The notes under the pieces: generated by a model
What the model was told of the DNA's origin: nothing
Database searches by the model: none
What the model saw: the letters and a program-made list of their open reading frames with translations, nothing else
Assembly: GCA_021613535.1 (NCBI GenBank)
Contig: CP075497.1
Location: forward strand, 3,968,001-4,032,000
Reading direction: 5' to 3'
DNA length: 64,000 bases
DNA from: Adineta vaga
Taxonomy: Eukaryota; Animalia; Rotifera
Part shown: piece after piece, positions 26,137 through 37,533 of the stretch
How the letters are laid out: each line of letters begins with the position of its first letter
Position numbering within the stretch: position 1 is the stretch's first letter
Made by a program: the position numbers and the translations under genes

Positions 26137-28532
26137 ATGATCAATACAAAACTTGTTACATGTGGATTGTGTCAAAGTTATTATGCTGATCCTCGACAAG
26201 TAACAATCTTTGTAAAGAAAGATTAGTTTATGATTGAATTTTTCAGATTCCTTGTTCACATTCATTTTGTTTTGATTGTATCTCCGGACGATTTAACGAG
26301 GAAACGTTAACATTAATTTGTCCAAAATGTGAAAAACTTCATCAATATAATTCATATGAAGAATTTCAAAATCGTTGTATGCGTGATGGTTTTCTTGCAT
26401 CAATGGTTGCTCAATTTAAAAAGAATCAAAGTCGATTATCAGGCTTAACATCTCGTCCATCTTCAACAATTTCACATATCTCATCTGTATCTTCATCGAC
26501 ACCAATTCCATTGATATCAAAACAAGAAATCAATTCCCATGAGCTATCAACTACTTCCCAACGTTCGACACCATCCATACCTCAACAGCAAAGACCAACA
26601 TCTGTTCTATCACAACAATCAACAGCACGTGTACTCATAGCTAAATGTCAATCATGTAATATTCGAGGAGAATTGATCGTCTGTTCTCATTGTGATAGTG
26701 TTATTTGCGTAAAATGTTCAAGTGAACATCAGAATATTCTCAATGAGGATATTAAACGTGAGTGGGATATATGTAAAACAAGATATGAAACAATCAATGA
26801 ACAATCATGTAAATTTTCTTGTCTTTTGTTTTCTAGGAAAAGAATATTTCTTTTTGATTTTAGTGCGTTATGATAATGACGAAAAAGAGATGAATAATAA
26901 AGCACGAAATCTTCAGATATTTATTAATAAACAAAGTGATCAATTAATACAAACGGTAGAAAATCAAAAAAACTTATATATGGATGTTATTGAAAAACAT
27001 CGACAAACTTATAAACAATCGTAAGTTGAATTATTCTTCTACACTAAAAATTTAGTGTATATCTAAACTTGATTTTAGTTTTACTCATGAACAATTTGTT
27101 GATGAATATGAATCAATTGATAAACGAGTTGACGAATTATTCAAGTATCTTATCGTTTATTAATCTCTTTTCATTCACTAAAGATTCGCTTTAGATCTGA
27201 TGATATCAATGCTGATAAAGTGAATGATTTCCTTTTTGAAATTGAACATCTTGAAGATCGTTTAGATAATTTAAATAATCTTCTTGATAGTAATGAAGTC
27301 AAAGTATGAACTTCATTTCTTTTGAATTCGAATTCTTTAATCTTCTTCCTTTAGTTTCCATTTCTCAGTCTACCTGAACAAATTGACGTATCTTCACTTT
27401 TTGGTACATTGAATTTCAATCATATAAATACTGACTCAACAAGATCTGATCCAACTTCATCTCAATTAACCAATGGTTATCATGATTCACAATCGAAATT
27501 TGAAGATGATGATTTTGTTGTTATTAATTCACCAAATAAAAATCTTATCTCCAAAAAAATCGAACAAAAATCATTACCAATACCTCATACACAAAAGAAA
27601 AAACTTCTCTGGCAAATTGAATATTTTTCTGTACCATATTATGTTCGAATCTTTGAAAATCAATTATTTATTTGTGATAAATATGGTTTGAGAATATCAA
27701 TATCAATGTTTTCTCATTAAAATTTCTTTTCTATTCAGGTTCATTAGCAATTTATAAGTTAACTAAATCAAATGATATTCGTCAAAAACCGATTTTACAT
27801 CGTGAAATAAAATTATTCAAAGATACTCCAAATTCCACAACAAACGATGAAGATCAAACAATTATTGATTCATTTACTGTTTATAAATCCTGGATAATTG
27901 TATTTAAACGTAAAAAAAATGAATTACACGGTACAATTTATTGGTTTACATTCGATGGAAAATTAATTCCAAATGGTAAATGTTTACATCATCATCCTTC
28001 ACGTGAATTAACAATTGATCTTGAAAAAAATATTCTTTGGTCCTTAGATCAAAAACAATTATCTCTATTTTATTATGATTTACCTGAAATTAAATTAACA
28101 AATCCACAAGATTGTCTTCAAATTCGTCATTCTCATGTACAATTTTCTAAACCATTTGCACCGATACATATATCCGTGAATAAAAATGCTTTGGCTGTCT
28201 TAGATAAAAATCGTCAAGCTATACATGTGTATGATAAACAAACCAAACAAGAAATCTATCAATATATTAATGTTCATAGCAAATCAACACATTTCTGTTG
28301 GGATATGGCTTTGTTTTCTGATAATAGTTTACTGATTAAACTTGATGAAATGAGTACATTGAGAACAGGACCATCAAAACATATTTATCTACAACTTGAT
28401 ACTAGTCCACAACATCATATCATTGGAACGATTGAGGAAATCGATGCATATGGCATGATGATTACATCAACGGATGAAATTCTCATTGGTATTCGAGTGA
28501 ATACCAAAGGCATTGTCAAATGTTATGTTTAA
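26137..28532 (+). CDS. Array member D: RING - Ser-rich linker - B-box-like - coiled coil - beta-propeller
   Basis: MINTKLVTCGLCQSYYADPRQ|IPCSHSFCFDC..LICPKCEKLH; IAKCQSCNIRGELIVCSHCDSVICVKCSSEH; ends YGMMITSTDEILIG..GIVKCYV*. Confidence 0.88.
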
Positions 28533-28695
28533 CTATCAACAATTTTATTAGTTTTTTTCTTTTTTTTTTGTGTAATTTACCTTGTCTTATAGTACAAATG
28601 ACACACATATACATATATATATATATATTAGATGTATTCGACAAAAGAAAATAAACATGAGCCTGTATATGAGTTTTGATTTATTCTAGAATAGA

Positions 28696-31534
28696 ATGGC
28701 TTGTTATCTTCCCGATCATCTTGTTCGATGTGTACTATGTAAAAATTTGTTTTCTGATGCTCGTCGTCTTCGTTGTGGTTGCGTTTATTGTTATTTATGT
28801 TGTTTGAAACTTGTTGATAATTATACATTATCATGTCTTTGTTCTACTATACATCGATTTAAATCACAAGATGAACTTGAAAAGGTGATTGAATATTTAA
28901 GATCTCAAAAGGAAACTATTGTATTCATGAAACATTCTACGAGTTGTCGAAGGAGTACTATTCTATAGTTTTCTGCTTTTCTATCTAGACTTTAGTAATT
29001 GATAGTGTTGTTAATGATCTCGTAAGTCAACATATTAAACAAAAACAAGTTTCATCAACAAAATTAGTTGATTATGATGTGATTTCGAATTCACCTTCTC
29101 TAATAGAAGATAACAATAATATAAATGATCATCAAACAACGATTTCAACTTTATCATCGACTATTCTTTCGAATCGACGTAAACAAGTGGCCGTTGCTCA
29201 ACCACCTTGTACGATTTGTAAGAAAAAATCTCATATGATTATTCTTTGTGAACATTGTAAATGTGATATATGTGAATTATGTATTGAACAACATTATCAA
29301 TCTATTGCTGATGTTCTTGATGATAAATGGAAACAATGTAAAGAAAAATTTCATCAAATTAATGAACATGTCCGTACGTACATTTGTTTTTTTTCTCTTC
29401 TTCTTCTTCTTCTTCTATTTTACTTCAATTCATAAGAAGAAAAGACGATATATATATATATTCAAATTGTCATTTTTTATGTTCAGTATTATCACATCAA
29501 AATAAAACGGGTGCAATATCGAAACTTGATACTATACGAAAAACGATTGAAGAGAGAAGTCAAAATTTGAAAACCATCATTGATCAACATCGACAATTAT
29601 TAGCTAAGCATATTGATAGTCATGTTCAGAATCTTGAGCAAATGTAAATGAATTCATATTGTCTTTCGTTTATTTCTATTTGATGGATTTATTAATTTTT
29701 TTAGAATCAAAACTAATTCTGTAGATCATGAGTTTCAAGTGATCAGAGAACGTCTTCCGAAAATGTTCGAGTAATAATATTACAATTAAATGAAAGCTCA
29801 TGTAACAATAAATAATAATGTGTTTTAGAGAAGAAACCAATGTACCTGATTTAGTGTCGTTTTTAGAAGAAACAGACGGAATTTTACAAAGATTAATTCA
29901 ACGTGATACACAATTAAAAGAAATTGAAATGAAAGTAAGATTAAGTGAAAATCACAATTCCTAACCATTAATTACTATTTTAGATTCCTTATTTATCTCA
30001 ACCAGATGCAATTTCAATCAATCTTTGTCATTTAATCGGTGAACTTAAATTTGATGATCAACCATCATACATGAAACAAGTAACAACATCAACTATTAAT
30101 CATGAACGAGAATTAAAGCCGAATGAGAACGATCTATCACCATTGATGTCAATAGAAACTGAACGGACACGTTTTCCACGTCGTATGCGACCATCGTTTC
30201 GAGCACGTGGTGGACATGGTATTCAGCATTTATCTCATTTAACCGATCCCAGTCTTCGAAATAATTATTCTCCACGATATACACGGTAAGTACATCGTAT
30301 ATTCTCTCTATCAATATCTATACAAATTTGCTTTTAGATACAATGGAAATCATTATTCTCGTACTCCATTACTTCAATCAAATGAAAATAATCTTGATGT
30401 TGTTCCCAATAATCAATATCAATGGTCAATAGATTTCAAAGAAATTCCATATTTTCTTTCTGTTCTCGACAATCGTAATCGAGCTCGACATCCTGATACT
30501 CGTCCTCATCATAAACACGATTATATGTTATTTATTGCGGATGATTATGGTCAAATGGGTATATATAGTCTACCAAAATATCGTAGTAATATTCAACCAT
30601 CCATTATTGGTACAGGAGAACTTTTTCCAAAGAATTCTCGTATACTATTGGAATCATTTACTGTCTATGAATTTGCTATTGTTGTTTATGTACGTCGTTT
30701 TGAACAAAGATCCAATGAAATTGAACATTCGAAATTAATGAAAGCTGGTTTACCAATCATGAAAGGCGAACAAGTATGAGAGAAATTTCTTTGAAAATAA
30801 ATCTATTGTCTTTTCTGGAATAAGGGTCGATGCAATGATCATGGTGGAATGATTTATTTATTTTCACATGGTGGTGATGAAATTGAAGGAGTCTATCAAT
30901 CTCATCCCATACGAGTTATTCTTGCTGATCAAATTTATGGTCGCCTTTGGGCTCTTAATCCAATGGCGAATAATGTTTATTGTTACATGACACCGAATCA
31001 AACTAGTGAAATTCGACAATGTTTACAAGAAGAAGAAAACATTCTGGATTTTTCTGAAGAATCATTTGAACCATCGACAATGATTCAATCTGATCATGCA
31101 ATTGGTTTATTTGATGTTGAACGTGATGTTTATCGTTTATATAGTAAAGATGATAAACTTCGTTTAATTACAACCTATGAAAATTCACATAATCAACAAT
31201 GGAAATTATCTGGAGGAGTTATTTATAAAGATAATCGTAGTTTACTTAAATTAACTGAAGATAAATATTATAATAATAATTTAAATGAAAGATTAAGAAG
31301 AAATAAATTTCATAATAATCCACGACGTCGTCTTATTGAATTAACTAAAGATGGACAAGAAAAACGTCAAATTCAAGCAAATACATTGTATAGTATAACA
31401 CTTGGTAAATAGTTTTTTTTTCTTTAAATTAAACAAAGAATTATCTATGTAACGAGACTTTTATAGGTCCTGATGATGAACTTATTTTGGGTTTTGTTGT
31501 TCGTGGTGATCGTGGTATGATTCATTGTTATTAA
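28696..31534 (+). CDS. Array member E: variant RING - B-box-like - coiled coil - Arg-rich linker - beta-propeller
   Basis: CVLCKNLFSDARRLRCGCVYCYLCC..LSCLCSTIH; CTICKKKSHMIILCEHCKCDICELCIEQH; last exon GPDDELILGFVVRGDRGMIHCY* (taa 31532-31534). Confidence 0.86.
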
Positions 31535-31978
31535 CTTTATTCAAGATTAAATAATTCTATAGAGAACTGAAAGTAAAAGTTTTTTCAGATATCTTTTCTC
31601 TCTTCATGTTTATTTTAAATATTATATGTATAATTTTCAAGTATATCTTTTTTTTCTTCATCTAGAACAAAGTTTTTTCGCGATATGTTTTTTGTATGTA
31701 TCGGAACAAAAGAAAATAAAACGTCAAATATTTGTTTTGTGATAAACTAGTTGTTCAATAGTGAGTTTCAGTGTATTTTTGTTGTTGTTATTCTATTCAA
31801 TTAATAGATAAAAGAAAAACAATAGATAAAATAAAAGATTCATTTCATGGATATTAAATAATAATGAAAATTTCGATCATGTTATAACTAATGCCATGAG
31901 TTCTGCATAAGAGTCAATTCAAACTCTATGTATTTCTTTCTATAACATGTAAAAAGCTACTAAAGAATATTATTGCAG

Positions 31979-33727
31979 ATGATTATACAAGAAAATTTAT
32001 GTCGTGTGTGTTTGAAAATATTCAATGATCCAAGATGGTTACCATGTAAACATATCTATTGTTTTAAATGTATTCCATATTTACAATGTAATGATTCCAA
32101 TCTCAAAGATCAAGTTGTATTAGAATGTCGTATTTGTTTACGACGTCATCGATTTAAGGAATGGTCAGCAGTGAAATATTATGTGACATTACATTGTGTA
32201 CCATATTTGACTGCTTTACAATTTGATAAAACAATAAATTCAATAGCAAAGTTTTCATGTCCAAGTTGTTTTAATGTGATGATGCAGATTTCAAATGATG
32301 AACTATTGAAATATTGTTTTCATTGTAAGAAAAATATATGTCAAGAATGTTTTATGGAACATCGAATGGAATTGAAGAAGAATATTTTACAAAGAATTGA
32401 TCAATGTTATGGATTAATTCGAAGAAATCAACAAGATGTTGAACAAACGATGAATAAATTGGAAAATATGAAATTACATATTGATTTTTGTGCCTTTGAA
32501 TTCAATGATCAGGTTCTTTTAAGTTTATATCCTCTTAAATCATAAGATCTAAGTTTATTTTAATTAAGTAATTCGTAGATCGATACATACTGTGCTTCAT
32601 TACGTGCTCAAATCGACGAACAAAAGTAAATACAAATTGTATTTAAGTTCTCCTGTACTGTTTATCATTTTAATAGATCACATGAAGAAACTGATTCTAG
32701 TTCTGGTTATGAATCTTTCACTGACCAACAAACTATCGAGTAAGTTCAGTGAATATCAAAACATATTAATGGCAATGATTAATTTAGAAACAATCATCCT
32801 CCTGCAGATCATTCATTATCGATACAGAAAAATATGGTATTAACAGAATCAACAGTAATACCTATTCGTTTACTTGGTGAACTAATATCATCGAATTCAA
32901 GTCAATCAATTTTATCTACATCACAAATACTTTGGACAATGACTTGTCATTTCCATCCAACATATATTGTATTCGAACTTGATTCATCGAAATTATTTAT
33001 CTGTACTGATTGTGGTGATGTCTCTGTTTATCATTACAATGCATCAAGTTTGATACTTTCACATAGATTTCATTTACAGACGAAGAAAACATCAATTTCT
33101 CTTGTTATTAAATCATTGACAGCTTCTACATTCTCTCTTATGGTTGTTTTCAATTCATCAGTTGAATCGATTCTTCATTTTTATTCACATACCGGTCATC
33201 TATTACACAATCTCTTATTTTCAAATGAATATATCAATCAAATTCGTTTTCATCATTCTAATTTATGGTGTCTTGAATTAATTTCATCCTCACTTTTCTA
33301 CTTCAAACTTCAATCAATTGATAAAATTAACGAACAAGATTTTGAAAAAGTACAATTTATATCATTCAAACAAATGTCATTTCAACCCTTTCGATTTGCT
33401 CTAAATCAATCATTCGTAGCAATTATGGATCGATTACCAACTGGAATTATTCTTCTCTATGATAAACATACAAGTGAATATTTAAAACAAATTAAATCTC
33501 CACTTAATGACTTACAAGCATGTGATTTTGAACTTACCAATCATACATTAATCTATCGTTTTCTTCATTTGATACTACTAATTCAATTAGATAATGAACA
33601 AATTCGAGAACAAATCGAAGCAACTAAAAATATAAATCTAACGAAAGGAAAATCTGCAGATGAATTTATTATCAGTACATTTACGAATGATCATAATATA
33701 TTCATCATTCAATGTTTTAGCAAATAG
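31979..33727 (+). CDS. Array member F (most divergent): RING - B-box-like - short coiled coil - beta-propeller
   Basis: CRVCLKIFNDPRWLPCKHIYCFKC..LECRICLRRH; CPSC..CFHCKKNICQECFMEH. Two small exons join in frame to ORF 32834..33727 (LLGEL, LWTM..HP, LFICTDCG, FYSHTG, F.PFRFALNQ, LYDKHT, IIQCFSK*). Confidence 0.82.
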
Positions 33728-33791
33728 TTTTACATTTTTATAGATTCATTTTATTAAACATTTGTTATATAATTTTAGATTTCATAAAATC

Positions 33792-35758
33792 ATGCCATCA
33801 TTTACACGTGAATTTGTATCATGTCATGCTAAATCATTCGAATCTCATCTATACAATGATCCCGTGATGCTTAGTTGTAGTCATGTCTTTTGTCGTTCAT
33901 GTTGTTTTGATTTAGCACGAATGAGTCAAGATCAATATGGTATATTTGATTTGGAATATAAGATAGAATAATAATAAGAATACAATGTTTTAGTCATCTG
34001 TCCGATCTGTTCAACTCGAATTCCATTTGATAATGTCAATCGATTTGCAATTAATCTGATATCACATGGAACATTAGCAACGATGGTAAAACAATATTTA
34101 CGAGAAGAATCTCTTCATCCTATTTGTTATTCTTGTCAAAATAATAATGTAAATAATGAAACGAGTAAATTATGTAATAAATGTCAGATTGAACAAGAAA
34201 ATATTAAATTGAAAATCATCGAAACAATGAAGAAATGTGATAAATTAATATTAAATCAAAAACTAATTTCATTAGATAGCATTCATGAAGATATTAATCA
34301 ATTGTATACGGTGATTGATCGACGAACATTAGATTTTAATGAAACAATTGAACGATATCAAAGAGAATTGGAAGATTTACTAATCAAACAACAAAAAGCA
34401 AATGAATTTAATGGGTAAATCTTCTGATTTCTAATTATTAGATATAGAAAGTTTTCGTTTTTCAGATTGAAACATCAACCAATCGACATTGAAATTGTTT
34501 CGGAATTTGTTGAACCTCGATTAAATGCTTTGAAGTATGTTTACTTCACAGATAGTTGTATTTATCAATATATGATACATCTTATTGTTTTAGAGAAAAT
34601 AAAAATTTTCTAGAAAATCTCAATGTCGGAAAAGAAATCAAACGTTTAAATGAAGAAGCTGATAGACAACTTCGATTGCTCAAACATCGAGCCGACATCG
34701 TACGTTTGATTCTCATAAAACCTGATTCTATTAACAATAATCTACTTCTATTCTAGGTACCCGTATTCTGTCCTTCAACAATGAAACCATCGGCACATAT
34801 GTTTGGTGAACTTCTTTTCAAATATAAAGATCCAGAATCCAAATCACCAAAGTTATCAACTAATCAATCGATGATCAATACATCTGGTGATACTTCACTT
34901 CAATCTATTCCATCAAAACTTCCAATGTGGACTGTAATTGTCAATGCTCTACCTACTCATCTATGTGTTTATCCCGTTGGTAAATCGACATTAATTTTTA
35001 GTTGTAGTTCAACAGGTATTATCTCTCTTTTCAATTACATTTCACCAGTTACATATGATTCTCCACGATATATTCGTACATTTCATCTTTTTCCTGAACA
35101 ATCTCGTATTTATGTACAATCATTTGCTGTATTCAATCGTTTTATGCTTGTACATATTCGTGAAAAAGATCATCAGGATTCACTTTATTTCTTTACACAT
35201 GATGGAATTCTTGAATATGGACCTATTCAATTATCAAATCTTATTCGTCAATATCTTGCTGATGAAAATCGTCTTTGGGCAATTGATTCGATGACACAAA
35301 CAATATTCTTTCATGCTCAACCATTATTTACTCATGAAATATCAACTATACTTTCAAAACATGAACAATTCATATCTTTTGATGAGCAATCGAATTTTAT
35401 TCCATTTCGTATTGCAATTAATCATCAATTATTAGCAATACTTAGTAAAGATCTTCAACAAGTGTATATTTATAATAAAATATCACGGGAACGAATTTTC
35501 GTTAGTCATTTCACAGCAGGAATGAGTACAAATATTTGGGATATTGGTTTATTTCCACGTGATAATAGTTTATTATTAAAATTCGATTGTTCATTTGAAG
35601 GAAATGTTAAACGATCTTTATTTATACATTTTAATACAAAAAATCAATCGGTTGGACGAATTGAAGGTAAACATTGTTTAGGTGTTGTTATTGGACCGAA
35701 TAAAGAAATATTAATTGGATTTAATCTACGAACAGGAATAATACGTTGTTATATGTAG
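33792..35758 (+). CDS. Array member G: degenerate RING - truncated B-box-like - coiled coil - beta-propeller
   Basis: MPSFTREFVSCHAKSFESHLYNDPVMLSCSHVFCRSCC..|VICPICSTR; CYSC..CNKC only. Propeller exon has LFP, YFFTHDG, LWAID, FIPFRIAIN, WDIGLFPRDNSLLLKFD, and ends GVVIGPNKEILIG..GIIRCYM*. Confidence 0.85.
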
Positions 35759-35810
35759 ACGAGAAATTTTGTTGTTAATTTGAACAGTGTTTTTTGTTTT
35801 GAATAAACTG

Positions 35811-36802
35811 TTAAGAATTATTCATAGGAGTAGTAATTGCTTTGCGAATTTCGACAAAAACTTTATCCCATTCCCAAGGTGTTTGATTCTATGAAAATTA
35901 TGTTTATATTAAGATTCATATAGACATCGATATACCTCAGCATCTAGTTCTTCTTGCAGATGAAGATTATTGTAAAGTATAGCAATATCGATTTTGCTAT
36001 CCTAAAGAGAAAAATGAATATTGAAAGGAAATATTTATGTATGAATTCTACGAACAATATATTGATTGATACGTTGACGAGAGAATTCATTTTCTATTTC
36101 TTGATATGAAGCAATTTGATTAACAGAAAATCTAAAAAAAAAAGATTTTTATTCTAGAATAATATGATGGATGTTTTACTTTGGCGCAATGTTGATGGAA
36201 GGAGGTGCATCATTACTATCGTCAGGTTCAGCATCATCATTTGTAATCGTAGGAATATCTGTTTTTTTATAGAAGAAAATAGTGTAATTTTATCTTCTTT
36301 TTCTTTTTGAGAATATTTACCTGAAGAAATAACTTCTTCGGCTCCTCGACGAGAATTTTGTCGAATGATTGAAGGTTGAGAAGATGGAATATTGGAACCA
36401 TCGCTATAGATAGAATGTTTAAATGTCATTCCAAATCTATTGTTTATAATACGAAAATTTACACGCTATCATCGTCGACATCGACATCATTTGACCATCC
36501 ACTGGCTGCTTCAGCTACTGGTCGTCGATTTGATTTCGATTTCGATTTTGATTTTGATTTTGATGATTCTTTACGTTTATTTGTCTATGAATAAAGTCAA
36601 ATATTAGAATTAGTGTCTGTTGTTGAATTGACATGGGTGTCGCAAATCTTTGCTACTATACGAAAGTCTGACCTACGGTATTTTTACTACTTCTAGTTCA
36701 CAACAAAATTCTTTTGAACTAATAATAGAGACTAAATGTCTCGACGAGAAAACATACTTTTGTTTTTTTTGATTCTTCACCAATCCATTCGTCACTGGAC
36801 AT
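35811..36802 (-). CDS. IFT43: Intraflagellar transport protein 43 homologue, multi-exon (missed by ORF track)
   Basis: Spliced: MSSDEWIGEESKKTK|TNKRKESSKSKSKSKSKSNRR..|..DIPTITNDDAEPDDSNDAPPSINIAPK|..QIASYQEIENEF..|DSKIDIAILYNNLHLQEELDAE|NQTPWEWDKVFVEI..*. The DIP.I / Y..L..D / ID...L / W.WD..F.E pattern is the IFT43 C-terminal signature. Confidence 0.8.
36529..36564 (-). repeat. Imperfect hexamer repeat encoding (Ser-Lys)n in IFT43
   Basis: tttgatttcgatttcgattttgattttgattttgat on + strand reads SKSKSKSKSK on - strand. Confidence 0.85.
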
Positions 36803-37533
36803 GTTGTATTCCACGAAGAAATTGACTCTATTCACTGTTAAAACAAAAATATCGTACAATTAACTTAAATGTCTGTTTTCATTGAGAATAAACAAACATC
36901 GTAAACTATCGAGGAATGTCGCTATCTTTTTTTTAATTCTGAGAGATGAATCTCATAACCATGAACATCAGAACAGGAGAGAAAATCTGAGCGACAACCT
37001 CTCTTATCTCTTTTCCTAGCATCTTTCAATATTTCATTGGTTGACAATGAACATCTTATAAAAACATTGTAAGCTTCAGTTCGGATCCATGAAGATCGAA
37101 GAGAAATGAGAAATATTATAGAAGTTTGAATAAAATTAATTAAGGTAGAAATAATAAGCCATTCAAAACTCATACCTGTACATATCATGTATAGATTACC
37201 AACCAGTAATTACATCAGTATCAATACATAAATCGAACGTTAATTGTATATTGAAGCATAATTCTCCGTTAAATTATTTTAACATAGAAGAAAATTCATC
37301 ATAAAGTAAGTCTTTTCGTTTTTAGTAGAATCCCTATGATTGCTGGCGAAGTAAAGACAGGTATATCTAATACACAGAAAATAGATCCATGACTAAATTG
37401 TGAAATCATTCTGTAATTTTTATAACAATAGAAATTGATTGAAATCTAGGAGAAATTTGATTTGTTCTATCGTATGAAAGGTGAGTACATGATTTTTTTT
37501 GGTATAAGTTATCACTGACATCTTTCTTACTGG

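Noticed and set aside
36376-36594. ORF with FDFDFDFDFD repeat on + strand
   Set aside because: Antisense shadow of the SKSKSK repeat in IFT43.
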